Positions 25,401-36,741 are shown, counted from the first letter of the stretch. The stretch is DNA of 64,000 nucleotides from Phoronis australis (GCA_002633005.1 NMRA01000159.1:175633-239632); one strand, 5' to 3'. Made by a program: numbers and translations. The notes: a model not told the origin generated them from the letters alone.

Positions 25401-28400
25401 ACATTTTCTCTGTAAACATTTGCTCAAAGCATGCGCATAGCACCGAATTGGGGGGGGAGGTCGGGAGGGGGGTTTGCCTCCTTCCCGCCCAGGCAATTTT
25501 TCTGTTTTTTTCATCTAAAAATCAAGCATTTTCCTTGATTCCTGAAGTATTATCCAAGAAAAAAGGCAAAAAAGCGGAGAAAGTGTCAAACAGGAAAAAC
25601 TGCAAGCGCCACAGACTCGAACTCACGACCTAGCGGATGGAGCGAGCGTGCTTTACCACTGCACCACAAAGATTTAACTCCTTAGTTGATACTAAGAGAC
25701 CTACTTGTTTATGGTCCACAGCTTTTGCGCGCGAAACCTTCTTTTTGTAATGCTTATTACATGTTTTATATTTTGTGCAATCATTTATATTTTGTGCAAT
25801 CAGTTCGTAACAAATTTGTTGTATTTAATATAGTCTTCAATTGCCCAAAAGACCAAATCCTTTTTGTGTTGGCAATAATGACGCGATTGCTTTGGAAATC
25901 GTCTTAAGTTAAGGTTTGACAAAGAGAGAATTATTAGTTTCTGAGTGATTCACTAAGGCTTCGATTAATATTGACATCTTACCAGCAGCTTCTGTTTTTT
26001 CATCATCACTCAGATTCCATTTTCTTTAAAAAATGAAGTAATTTTCTTCATTGCACAGTGGAGCAGACGACGGAAACGGAGTCGTAGTGCCCAGCGCCAC
26101 TGCCGGTCGCCTGAGATATCGCGGGAGAGCCGACACCTAGCCATAGTTCCGTTACGATTGCGCCGTGTTCCGAATTTGACACTTGAAATTGGATCTGAGC
26201 CTCCCCCCGCCCCCCAACACTAAAACTGCACACATTTAAATCTTGTTACAGCCGTATAATTTTAATTACCGGGGTTAATTAATAAACTCAACATTTCCCT
26301 ACGCTCTTGCTGTTATATTTTTTTGCGGCAGCCAAGGATGAGGGGCCCTGCCCCCCTAAATCCGTCTATGGCCGGAGATAAAGCAACCCACGGTAACTCT
26401 TATAAGTTAAATGCATTACGAGTACTGTTTAGTAGTATGATGATTACCATGGGACGCCTTGTTTCTCACTGTGGGGCGTTTCGAATGTTTTGATTTAGTA
26501 TGGCGATAGTGAATATTGAGTCGTGAAATAAGACTAGACGGTCAGCCCTTGTTATTTTCGGTGATAATACTGAGCTTGTATTAGGTGTTATACACGACGC
26601 AATTCGTCAACGTCGCATATCACATCTGACGCAGCCAAGTCAAGTTATTTTTTGAAATTCATACTGGTACGGGAATTGGGGATAGTTAGGCCTATAAAAG
26701 ATCTTTAACCCAGCCGCAGAGCGTCTAAAGCCGCGCACCGTACCAGTGACTGCTGGCAACTCACCGGGACTCAACTTTAACATCTTTCGCCGCAGAGATA
26801 ACAACTCTTGGGCTGTCTCCGGTGAGTCCATTCTTTGTTGAATGATGTTTAGATAAAAAACTTTAAGTTGGACATATTTGATCTGATGAATCAGAGCTCA
26901 ACAAAACTTGGTTCAATTCGGACCACCAGCAGCAAAGAAACTTGTTTTTACTGGCATGTCGAGATAAAAAGGATTGTCATAGCAGTTTCATTTTAAAACA
27001 ACAGCCAATGGCCACTGTCAACTGTTTTTCAGTGAAAACAAGAATTGTATGCTGAACAGCGCCACAAATTTGAATAACGAAACTTACTTCCAATACCTTA
27101 CGTCCGTTATGCCAGGACAGATGCTCTCTGTGCACGAGCAGTGTAGAAACATGTATGGCTCTGAGTCGTACTATTGTGGGGTAAGTTTAGAAGAAAGGCA
27201 ACTGGATCTTAGGTCTAAAGAGAACGTGGCTACCTTCACAACCTAGGTGTATTTCTATGCAAGAGAAATTTTCCTTTTAGACATGTTCTTCCCTTCACCC
27301 CATCGCATGAGAAAAACTCCTCCAAAATCGGAGTAGCAGAAGTTTCATTTTCAAGACGGTGAAATCATAGTGGACAACACATTGATTTCTATTTTTCCGG
27401 CATGTTACTCCGACGCTACTACTGGAAAGGTTAAATAAAGCATGCCTTTAGTTAACTACTTCTCATATTATCAAGAAGCATACAAACCAAACTAGACATA
27501 CCGCTCACAATATTCAACCCTACATGTCAACAAAATGGCGGATGAAAAGGTAATTTGAAACATTGACATAATTTTCTTTTGTATTTTGTGTTGAAAAAAG
27601 TACCGTTTATATGCTTTTGGAAGTTAAACAGTTGACAACATTTGGATAATACAGTTGTCCATTTATTGGGAAAATGAACCAAAATGACAATTCACAAGAC
27701 ATTAATTTATCGCATTTGAGCATACTTTTCAAAATTTGTAACTTGATAAATTTTGAGACAGATGATTTTTTCTATCATCAAGCATACTGGATTTCTTTTT
27801 TGAATTTGGTTTGACTTTAGACACTATTTGCCGATTTTTTTCAATCTCATTTTAGACAATGTAACCTTCCGTTTGATGTGTTTTTCAGAGAATGTAACTG
27901 TATAACAAATTTCACACACACTCGCACTCGCACTCGCACACACACACGTGCGCACCCACACACATTCATGCAGTCCGAAAAATCAGTTTTTCAACAAGCT
28001 CAACTTTGACGTATCGGAAGAAGGACCGACGAAATAGCCAATAGGTGATAATCTGTATCATGACGCTGGAAGCCGCAACATATTATCGCTCCACCAATTC
28101 TTCGCCATGACACAGGTCGTCATGTATTGGCTATTTCCCTTTTTCGAAAGTATGACGACACGTCAAAGATTTTGAACTCAAGATTAATTTCCGGCGTTGT
28201 CATTTGCTCAGGGTACGACACAGGAAAAGGTTTTGTGCAGAGAGATGCAGTGTTATAATCCGAAAACAAAAGCATGCGAACAGTACTCCGGCCTCAGAGC
28301 TGCACGCGGGACTACATGCGGCGATAGAAAGGTAAATATGTTCTCTGACTCCATTCTGGACCTGCTTCACAAAAATGGAAGCTTTGCGACGTTTTTACAG

Positions 28401-31400
28401 AGTCTAAACTAAACATATATCTTACAACTAGCAATGACTTAGGGTGCAAACTTCCGTATAGATTGTATCCAACACGTCATAAAGTCAACTTACGGTACTT
28501 TTAAATTAGTGAAATAAGCCACGGAAGTAGTTCTACAACTGTATTTTAATCACGCGCACAGAAATCAAATTCGACAGCTTCCAGAATTTTCATATCACCA
28601 GAGAACCGGTTGCTTGGAGTTGAGATTGCTATACAGTACACCCACTGAAACACTTCGTAACAATTTTAAAATTGCCACGTTATGTTGAAGAGAAAACAGA
28701 GTATTTCGCTACATCTCTACTGATAATTTAAAAATTACGAAATGTGCAGTAAACCCGCATCTTCTATCAAAACTGATTTGGGCCACGACTCTAAAAATTT
28801 CCTCAATTGGTTCTTTTTTGTTAAAAAATGATTTGAAGTTTTGAGAAGATCAAGCTTGTCTTTATTGCTTCAGACTCAGAGCATTACGATTTCCTGTCAC
28901 GGCGGGACAGTGTCAAATGCCACAACAATTTAGCCGTAACGAAAATTCCAGCGGCCATTTTATTGCAAAAAACTCTAATTCGAACAAAGAAAAAATGTCA
29001 TGGCGTCAATTTAGAATAACAAATGTGCCTGCGAAAAATGTTATTTTGGGCACCCGGTTATGAGTGCGTATTTTTACTTTTCGCTAAGTGCCAGTTGTAG
29101 TTATGTCAATGTACATGTATGTTTTGGCAACTGTTTCGGTGTTCCTCAGTAACTTTCGATTATGTGTCCTTATTTTTACTGTTCGCTAAGTGCCAGTTGG
29201 CGTTATGCCAACTCACGTGCATGTTTTGGTATCTGTTTCGGTGTTCCTCGGCAACTTCCGCTTTTACCTTTCAGTGGTGTATTGAGGGAGACTGTGTATG
29301 CGGATACGATGCACCCAGAGCTCCTGGTAGGTGGCATTGCTTCCTTTTTGCGTTAGAACCTATTCATTTATCAAGGCGTTCCATCGAAATTGGAACCCCG
29401 ATGTAAAACAGATATCCCAGAGTCGGAAACAGACTCCCGTACCTTCAGCTAACCAGCCCGAAAAAAATTAAAATGAACCCCGACCTTTAAAACAGGAACC
29501 CTGGAGATCGGGCAGGAAACACGGCATCGAAATACCACTCCCGCACTTTCTGTTAAGATTGCTTATCTCAAGAAAATAATACTTTAGTACGTTTAAAGTT
29601 CTTTGTGTTCATACGACCTATACCAAATTTACATTTTTATGAAAAAACAAATTTTTGCTATTTTACATAGTTGTGCTATGTTGTTTTACTATATGATAAG
29701 TTTAGACAACTTGTGACCGATTGGCGTTCTACCGTTATTCTGCTGCTAAAGTTGTGGTGCGATCTATTGCGTCGGCTTTCGGCACCATAAACTTTTTCGT
29801 CACCTATTGGGCAGTTTCTTTTTCCCCAATTCTTCAATCAGCTGTTCTTCTTCCACGAGGTTGCATACATGTAACAACAAATTATCGGAACTGGTTTCAT
29901 TTTTTACAAGCTTTTAGTGTTTTAATACCAACGAACCAAATTTCGGAGCAGTGATCCGCCAAAAAGAGTGTGACTGCGTTGAGTTCAGAATTATTCCGAT
30001 TCCAAATTCCGTTTTAATGATCAATGAGGAGTTGAAGGGCAAGAACGGTGAAATTGGAGACGGTGCAAGTCTTTTGAGTCGATTTCAGAATCCCTTGAAT
30101 TGCATACCTACTTCTGACATTCTTTAAAGTTAAAATTTAATTAAAATTGAACTATCATTGGTTCCAACGTGTGCAGTCTTGTCATTTACAAACCTCCAAA
30201 AATTTAATTAACGTTTCAATGAGGATAGAGAAGAAGAGATTATTCTTGACTTACAGAATACTAGAAGTATATATTGACATATCACCAAGATGGCTGCAAA
30301 GAGACAGGATAAGTCACGTGAGAACAGTCCTTTCCAACAGCATGTGGAACTTCAGTTCCAATAAACTTGGAAGTATACGGTGACTGCTGAAGGAGACTGC
30401 CTGATGTTTGCTCCTGACTTACCGTCATCGATAGAAAGCATGTACTAAATCTATTGATAGAGATGTAAATTTTAAAGCTATCCTGATACAGTCGCCATAG
30501 AAGCATACTTTTAATGGATATTTTCATTTTTAGCCACATGTACACACGGTGACTACCCAGCGAAGATATACTCCAACCAAAACTATAAGTGTCAGGACGC
30601 TGCTAAAGATCCGTCTCTGTGTTACCAAGAATACTTCAGGGACAAATGTTGCAAGTCGTGTCCCGAACAGTACGACGCATGCGCTTTGGAAGGTAAAGCC
30701 TGAAGACCTGGGTCGAGTTCAGTAACGCTAGTATCTTGCTAGATAACAAAAGTCTCGCGAGATTTTGCGAGATATCGCTGAGTGTTTTCAATGGAAACGC
30801 ATGGCTTTATCTAGATTTTCTTGACGCTATTGAGCTCAACCTGGTTACAGTAATGCATGTCCCAGCGTTGCCTTGAGTGCGCTCATGCCTTGTGTTCGAA
30901 AAGAATTTTCCACGACAGGCCTTCTTTTGAAATAAAAACCATGCTCTGACCGCGTCTATGAATGAATAAAATAGTCAATTACAGCCAATGGTTTGCCAAA
31001 AGTTGTTTATTCAAATCAAATCAGCTGCTGGGTTATCGTGTAAAAGCGACCATCATTTATTTTCCAGACTGTCGTTATGGCAATCTCAACCCAACATGTT
31101 CTACTTATAAATATGCAAACGTATGTCCTGACTCCTCAAACTGGGCAGCGTGCTGCAAGCTTTGTGAGACGGACATTGTTGCAAGTCGTGGTCTCGACAT
31201 GGCTGCCATCACCGCTTGCCGCAACCAGACCAAAGTAGTCGATGACAGTTATGAATGCGAAAACATAACTACTACCATTCCGCCGTCAACCACTACAGGA
31301 CCGTCAACTACACAGCTGGTACGCAATTGATTTAAACGGTTGTCTTTTACTATTTCTGAAATTTCATTGGGAATGTTTTTGTTGGTACACGGACGCAATT

Positions 31401-34400
31401 TATTTATTTGCTCATTAGTATTTAATAGAACCATTTATACTGATAGAATTTTTCCATATATCCGGGCGTAACCACATTTCCTCAACGTTATTTAGGAGAT
31501 TTTAAACCCTTTTGCTTACCATATTGGCCGTGGCCATGGACATTTGTGCGGAACTACGTTTCTATGGGATGCTTAGGCGCATGCACCAATATGAGAAACA
31601 CTTGGGTAAAAAAGGCGCCACAAAGGCACAACAATACACTAATATGTTGTTTATGAAAAACAAGTCAAATTTTGTAAAAGAAAATGAGTGTTCCCATAAT
31701 GCGAATTAATGTATGGGCCTATGCTTGGTACATTACCTGTGTTTAACTGGGAAACATAGACGCATGCGCCAATATGCTAACCACTTGGGTAAAAAAATGT
31801 CGCGGAAAAGGTATTTAGAATACGGCCCACGGATCTAAGGCGCGATAGTGGCTTTAATTGTGGTTGCACGACTGATTACAGTCAGTACCAAACAATACAA
31901 TGTCGGAACTCGTCATTTTAACTGAGCAGTCATGTTTCAGCCCACCACTAAAGTCCCCACGACGACCACAGCGCCTCCTACAACAACCACTGCACCTCCG
32001 TCGACAACAACAACAACAACAAGTGCTACGACGACACGCCCTCTGACAACAACAACAACAGCGCCCGAGACAACTCTGGCGTTATTACCTACAGCCACTC
32101 CGTATGACGGCACGTTGTTTTACACGAGAACCAGTGTACGTTGGGATGTTATAAACAACCAGGCTGCAACGTTTACGCAAGAATTGAAAGACTCAACTAG
32201 CACTCAATACAAACAAATGGAGACTGAAGTTTGTGCTCTGGTAAAGGCAGGCTTTGGCAGCTCACAGCCCATAAAAACTTGCAGCGCCAAGGGTTTTCGT
32301 TCTGGAAGCATCGTGTCTGATCTTGACCTGGGGTTTTCTGGTACGTCATCATTACTATAGAGTGCGTAGAGTTAGTTATTCGCGAGTTTGGCGAGATCGC
32401 GCCTTACCACGCAAAATCAGAGAGCGAAATGGAAATGTTTCCCCGAGTAAGCTCGTGCCCTTATAACAAAGACAAGCGAAATGGCCACCACTGAAGTGAT
32501 TGGACTGCGAGACAAGAATGTTGAATTATGGGAATAGACTCAATATGTCCATGATTTCCGGTGCGAGTGTCTCGCGAGTGTATTAATTACGTAACGTTCC
32601 TCTAATCAGGCTTGCACTTCACATGCTAAGTAATCGTGACCTATTCAAACAAGATGCGAAGAATAAATGATGTGCTATTGCTGGACGCGCATAAAACCTC
32701 AAGGGATTATTGCGCTTTTTAGAACTTTGCAAAATGTTACCCATGTCTGCATGCAATCAAGATAATAATGGAAAATTTGCAAACTTAGATTAAATCAAGC
32801 TCCATGGACATGCCTGTTTTTTTAAACTTCTGGTAATTAACAGCGGCGGATCAACGAGTTCGCGGATGAGAAGTTTACTCCCCCTGGCGGTGTCATCTTG
32901 TGCTGGGGATTTTTAAAGCTTCTTGAAGGGATTAAACTTGAACCTCCGGTCCCAGACACAGGGATAAGATAGATGACATGTCCCTAAAGATATGCAATGG
33001 CATTTATACACACAGTTCTGCACTCGCTCACTTTTTTGTTCATGTTCTGAATTTGTGTAACATTGCATTGCAGAGTCGGTGTCCCCTTCGACCGTGGAAT
33101 CTGCCATGAAGCAACCCTCCTTCTTTCCAAAAGGTTCAACTGCAACTACGCTTAGTGTCAGTAAGTTGACGTGATTGCTGGAATCTTGAGGCCTGTTTCA
33201 CGATTTAAGACTTAAGACAAGAATTTGGTCTTGCGTTCCCATTTCACAATTGCCGAAGAAGACTTAGCCAAGCAATAATGAGCGCATCACAGTCTACGAA
33301 TAATTTATGAACATTTTCCCTAGTAACCGCGTCATTTGTAAGTGTATTCTGAGACACTGCACCACATCTTTATCAGTGCTGTAGTCAGTGGTGATATAAG
33401 AGGTACAAGTAGGCTTCCAAAGACCACCGTATCACCTTGAGCACTGAACGGAAGTTACAATGCGTAGGCGCCACGTTCAAATGTCAAAAGGTGGTTGGCT
33501 GCGCCCACGTGCGCCTACGCTCCAATACAGCACTGATCGTTATGTGGAGTGTAATACCAAACTTCAGTCACTTTTCACGAGACAGACTCCTGGTGACTAG
33601 CTCTTCGTAACTGAGATTGTAACTCACCGATGTTCCTTTTGTTTCTGAGTGAATTCACCCACCATATCTACCCCTACAAGTGTTGTGTCAGCAGTATTAG
33701 GTAGAGAATCTAACCTGTGATTTGTTAGGTCCTTTTGAGGTCACAAGCAGCCTGATAGAATACCGAGCCAAATGACTAGTAGCCAGCAGGGAAGAGATAG
33801 CGCCCATCTTCATTTTGCTTGTATTTCCTTACCTCTAACTACCTTCATTAGCCGTCTGTGCACTCCTTAGTTGGTGGACGGCTTCTTTGGTTCAATAGAA
33901 CTCTACGTTCTATCGATGGTTCGATGTTTCTATGACAGTTTGTATGAGAGAAGTCGTTTTACACGGGAAAAACGGGAAAAATAATTTCCCCTAAACATTC
34001 AGAATATTAGGACAATATGGATTTTAGGGGAAATCGGCTGGCGAATAGTTTGATACTTTTAAAGTTGCTGAAGATTCATCTGCTAGACGTCATTTTCGAC
34101 CTCCTGCAATTTGCATTATTAGCAAACAACTTTCAATTTCCAGTCGTCTCGTGATAGAAAGTTCAACTATATTACATTAATTTTGACTTTTAGTGCGTAT
34201 TTAGTGTGCGAAATGTTTACCGTCAAACTCCAGTGTAGCATGAAACAAAACTTTATCAAATTGATTTTTGTTTTCCACCCAAAGCTGTTTGACACGATTT
34301 GAATTCAGTACAAGGCACGAATTATTTCTTAGCTGCGTTAAACGGAGCAGCGTATTGTTTGTCAAGAGTGATTCGACTCGTTCCCTTGAATACTCAACAG

Positions 34401-36741
34401 GGTACATACATGTAAGTTGGCGTGTACATTGAAAATGTATATATTTTTCACTAATACGTGTTTTAATAAATCAATTAAAAATCACAATCGGATATGGAAT
34501 TGAGCGTCAACTGTGTCCTTACATCCTTATAATCAACCCGAATATTTCAAACCTCTCCATGGGGACTTGGCGATAAACTGCAGAATTTTTAAGTAGGAAG
34601 GTATTCGAGAACAGGTCGTAGGCCCTATATTTATGCTATCGGTGCATGGATATCGCGGGGATAGTTTTGCTGTGGAATATTTCGGATGATACTTAACTCT
34701 TTAAACCGCGACAGTCAGCTAATGTAATTCTGGGCTCGGTCTCTAATCTTTGTACTCGAAACGAACTCGAAACTAATTTTGGCAATTTCTCTGCTCCTGT
34801 TGTGCGAACTTAAGATAATTGGTTATCAGTCTGTGCTCGAATACATTATAGTTTATGCATAGGAGTTTCTAGTTCAAGTTTGCCCTTGAAAACCTTTATA
34901 TTTGTGCTACAAACTTGAGTAAAATTTCGAAATTTCGAGTTCAAACTCGAACTTATTGCTTTAATATTGGGTTTACAAACTGTGAACTAAGGGCAATAAA
35001 TTATCTACGTAATCTATTGTGTACTCGAGCATAGAATAATAGACACATATCTTGAGTTCGCCCAAAAGTAGAGTAGAAAATGCCAAACCTAATTTCGAGT
35101 TCCATTTCGAGTAAAAGATTGGAGACCGGGCCCAGAGACACATTGCGAGCATGATGATGATTGTGGTGATGATAAAGGTGATTAATATTTATTATTTCAA
35201 TGGCGTAAATGGTAATCGAATTTCAGGTGACGTGAATGAATGCAGTGACAAAGCAACCAACGATTGTTCGGCATATTCGGCTTGCAATAATACTGGTGGC
35301 GGATACACCTGCACATGCTTGACCGGATATGACGACACGTCTATTGGCAATGACAAAGGACGAAGGTAATCTGAAAATGTTTCATACCCAATTTAGTCGT
35401 AAACTGATTTAGCATTTAATTTTCTAAAGAGGCATTTGAATTCCAATAAAATTATGATGTTTTCTCATTTTCATTTCTTATTTATTTGAACAAGTATGAT
35501 ACTCGTGTTGATACTGAGTCTAATGGTAGCCGGTATGATGTATTTGTTACAGGTGCTCGTTGCCATGCAACACTACCAGCTGTTCCGGATCAACTTCCGG
35601 AATTTGCCGCCCTAGTTTTGATGGTCCTTATGGTTGTCTGTGCAACCCTGGTTTTTCGTGAGTGTCACACAAACATAAATGTGAAAATTAATCGTTGTTG
35701 CAATTTAACTGTTGTGCCGGACGACCAGGAATGCCTGGAAGGTTATACATGCTACGTTTTCCAATCTGTGAACATGTGCAGTGAGGGCATTTGTCCTAAC
35801 ATGGTATATAAATCGTGCAATACGGTAGTTCTGCACGTGGTATATACCGCGTGCATTACGGTAGTCCTGCGTTCACCTGGAAACGTCTTCTCATAATAGT
35901 ATACTTCGTATAATAACATGGGCACTCGATGCAATTCCCTATTGTATTGTCATACCAAACACAGATTTGACGTATTAGGATTTAGGACAGCTACTAGGTC
36001 AGTTTGTAGTGATTTGCCTATTCTTAGTGTGGAACAGGTTTTAAAAAACTCTTTGTCTATTACGAGACATTCAAAGTTAATTTGACAAGTGTGGGTAACG
36101 AATCTGGATAGGAATTGAAGTGTTTTAGCTGAATACGACAACCAATCATGGTTATGTTTTTTAGAAATGAACCTATTGTGCAATTAAATTGTTACTGGGT
36201 CACCAAAAGGTGCTTTAATGTCGGTTACATGCGACTTGAGGAGAATTGAGGGCGCTCCCTGATGGTGATTTTCATTGCTCCTTTCAGAGGTGTACACTGC
36301 GAGTCCAACCTGAATGCACCAAAGGAGATGGAGTTCTGGCGAATTATTATCATCGCCGTGGCTATGGGCTTACTGGCCATATATCTCGCCATAGCTATAC
36401 CGTACATGATATACCAAATGCATAAATACCGTAACACAGATACGAGCGACGCCTACAGGCGAGCTCTTCAGCGACAAGATTCAAAGTCTACGTCAAGCAC
36501 AGTCGTCGGGAGGCGTTCACGGTCCAAACACAGTGACTCACGAAATCCCAGCCAATATATCCCGAGCCAATACATTCCACGATTGAACAGAGATGGTCCT
36601 TCAAAGCCTGATACTAGCAGGACTGCACGCGCCAACGCTGGCTTCGTCATGGATGCGTCGTCCGACCAAAGGTTGCAAATTCCGAGACCGGAAGTCAGGT
36701 CTTCTGCTGATAGAAGCACACTAACTGGATTTTCTATATGA
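14024..36741 (+). CDS. Membrane-anchored ADAMTS-like (M12B reprolysin) zinc metalloprotease with PLAC-like, mucin, SEA, EGF and TM domains; gene 1, 19 coding exons, about 1,062 aa
   Basis: GT-AG exons with compatible phases: 14024-14114, 17240-17427, 18122-18211, 19557-19798, 22290-22383, 22928-23005, 23526-23692, 24285-24443, 25130-25294, 27033-27180, 28212-28331, 29275-29326, 30534-30692, 31068-31318, 31941-32340, 33074-33160, 35227-35365, 35553-35657, 36288-36741 (total 3,189 nt, open). Motifs: RRLKR furin site, FDHAMLLTG, HELGHSLGAVHD, Met-turn YIMA, GTTCG..KWCIEGDC. Confidence 0.9.
14431..14863. mobile_element. Palindromic MITE (possibly PIF/Harbinger-like)
   Basis: About 55-bp imperfect TIRs: TGGCTGGTTGCATGTAACAATCCC...GTCCCTAAATCT versus AGATTTAGGGAC...GGGACTGTTTCATGCAACCGGCCA. 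Confidence 0.7.
16416..16470. repeat. (CA)n microsatellite
   Basis: Directly visible imperfect CA run. Confidence 0.95.
17240..17427 (+). CDS. Gene 1 exon 2, prodomain
   Basis: VEVEETYASSKDLYPESLGYDVRLGRDVTTLRLRR...PVYVFENG; 188 nt, same length as paralogous exon 40565-40752. Confidence 0.85.
18122..18211 (+). CDS. Gene 1 exon 3, prodomain
   Basis: NYVSYHDESRGASIVVSAIENKEGVWERTL; homologous to 41365-41454. Confidence 0.85.
19557..19798 (+). CDS. Gene 1 exon 4, furin site and start of catalytic domain
   Basis: RGTFLSKG...LLRRLKR|SATTDQHFVQLLLMVDYSLYQR. Confidence 0.9.
20328..20822. mobile_element. MITE with internal GTTCATACTG repeats
   Basis: Termini AGGCCCTTTCATATTGAC / GTTAGTATGAAAGGCTCT are imperfect inverted repeats; GTTCATACTG recurs three times internally. 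Confidence 0.6.
21205..21268 (-). mobile_element. tRNA-derived SINE head remnant or tRNA pseudogene
   Basis: Minus strand reads TGGCCGAATGG (A box) ... GGTTCAAGCC (B box); no acceptor stem can be formed. Confidence 0.45.
22290..22383 (+). CDS. Gene 1 exon 5, catalytic domain
   Basis: FYNQTNGSSPTEREKQTIPIMERYYAQVANG; homologous to 44651-44747. Confidence 0.9.
22928..23005 (+). CDS. Gene 1 exon 6, catalytic domain
   Basis: INLRYRNLKEQSLKIEVVLSAIYIAK; near-identical peptide at 46410-46487. Confidence 0.9.
23526..23692 (+). CDS. Gene 1 exon 7, catalytic domain
   Basis: TAEESYWTES...TASLPTFDHAMLLTG (reprolysin D-x-A-x-L-L-T motif). Confidence 0.92.
24285..24443 (+). CDS. Gene 1 exon 8, first half of zinc-binding motif
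   Basis: YNIWRG...VAGSAVTGGMCTSESYSINEDPGAFKTIDTCTHELGHS. Confidence 0.95.
25130..25294 (+). CDS. Gene 1 exon 9, third His and Met-turn
   Basis: LGAVHDGSGNGCDSNDQYIMA...FSSCS. Confidence 0.95.
25364..26370 (+). mobile_element. MITE, CAGTGGCGGA-terminus family, copy 3 (complete, 5-bp TSD)
   Basis: CAGTGGCGGATCTAGG...CCTAAATCCGTCTATG flanked by GCCGG on both sides; inverted copy of 2243-3086. Confidence 0.85.
27033..27180 (+). CDS. Gene 1 exon 10, end of catalytic and start of disintegrin-like domain
   Basis: ENKNCMLN...MPGQMLSVHEQCRNMYGSESYYCG (ADAMTS PGxxYxxxxQC pattern). Confidence 0.92.
28212..28331 (+). CDS. Gene 1 exon 11, disintegrin-like domain
   Basis: GTTQEKVLCREMQCYNPKTKACEQYSGLRAARGTTCGDRK. 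Confidence 0.92.
29071..29258. repeat. About 102-bp tandem duplication just upstream of the exon 12 acceptor
   Basis: TTCGCTAAGTGCCAGTTG...CTGTTTCGGTGTTCCTC occurs twice. Confidence 0.75.
29275..29326 (+). CDS. Gene 1 exon 12
   Basis: WCIEGDCVCGYDAPRAP; homologous to 60922-60973. Confidence 0.9.
30534..30692 (+). CDS. Gene 1 exon 13, PLAC-like six-Cys module 1
   Basis: TCTHGD...KCQDAAKDPSLCYQEYFRDKCCKSC; the CCxSC end fits a PLAC-type pattern. Confidence 0.88.
30708..30844. mobile_element. Short palindromic MITE
   Basis: GGGTCGAGTTCAGTAACG versus CGCTATTGAGCTCAACC inverted ends; the GTTCAGTA..CGCTAG motif is shared with 53962-54117. Confidence 0.45.
31068..31318 (+). CDS. Gene 1 exon 14, PLAC-like module 2 and start of stalk
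   Basis: DCRYGNLNPTC...VC...CCKLC...ITTTIPPSTTTGPSTTQL. Confidence 0.88.
31941..32340 (+). CDS. Gene 1 exon 15, Thr/Pro mucin stalk and SEA domain
   Basis: PTTKVPTTTTAPP... then FTQELKDSTSTQYKQMETEVC...GFRSGSIVSDLDLGF (SEA signature). Confidence 0.9.
33074..33160 (+). CDS. Gene 1 exon 16, end of SEA domain
   Basis: SVSPSTVESAMKQPSFFPKGSTATTLSV; CAG acceptor, A|GTAAGT donor, phase 1-1. Confidence 0.7.
34732..35133. mobile_element. Long-TIR palindromic MITE
   Basis: GGGCTCGGTCTCTAATCTTTGTACTCGAAACGAACTCGAAA... mirrors ...TTTCGAGTTCCATTTCGAGTAAAAGATTGGAGACCGGGCCC over roughly 100 bp. Confidence 0.8.
35227..35365 (+). CDS. Gene 1 exon 17, calcium-binding EGF
   Basis: DVNECSDKATNDCSAYSACNNTGGGYTCTCLTGY (D-x-N-E-C and C-x-N-x4-Y-x-C consensus). 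Confidence 0.92.
35553..35657 (+). CDS. Gene 1 exon 18, second EGF
   Basis: CSLPCNTTSCSGSTSGICRPSFDGPYGCLCNPGF, completed by SGVHCE across the next junction. Confidence 0.88.
36288..36741 (+). CDS. Gene 1 exon 19, transmembrane helix and cytoplasmic tail
   Basis: TM IIIIAVAMGLLAIYLAIAIPYMIY (36343-36414), then HKYR stop-transfer and a tail of about 108 aa ending TGFSI*. Confidence 0.9.
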
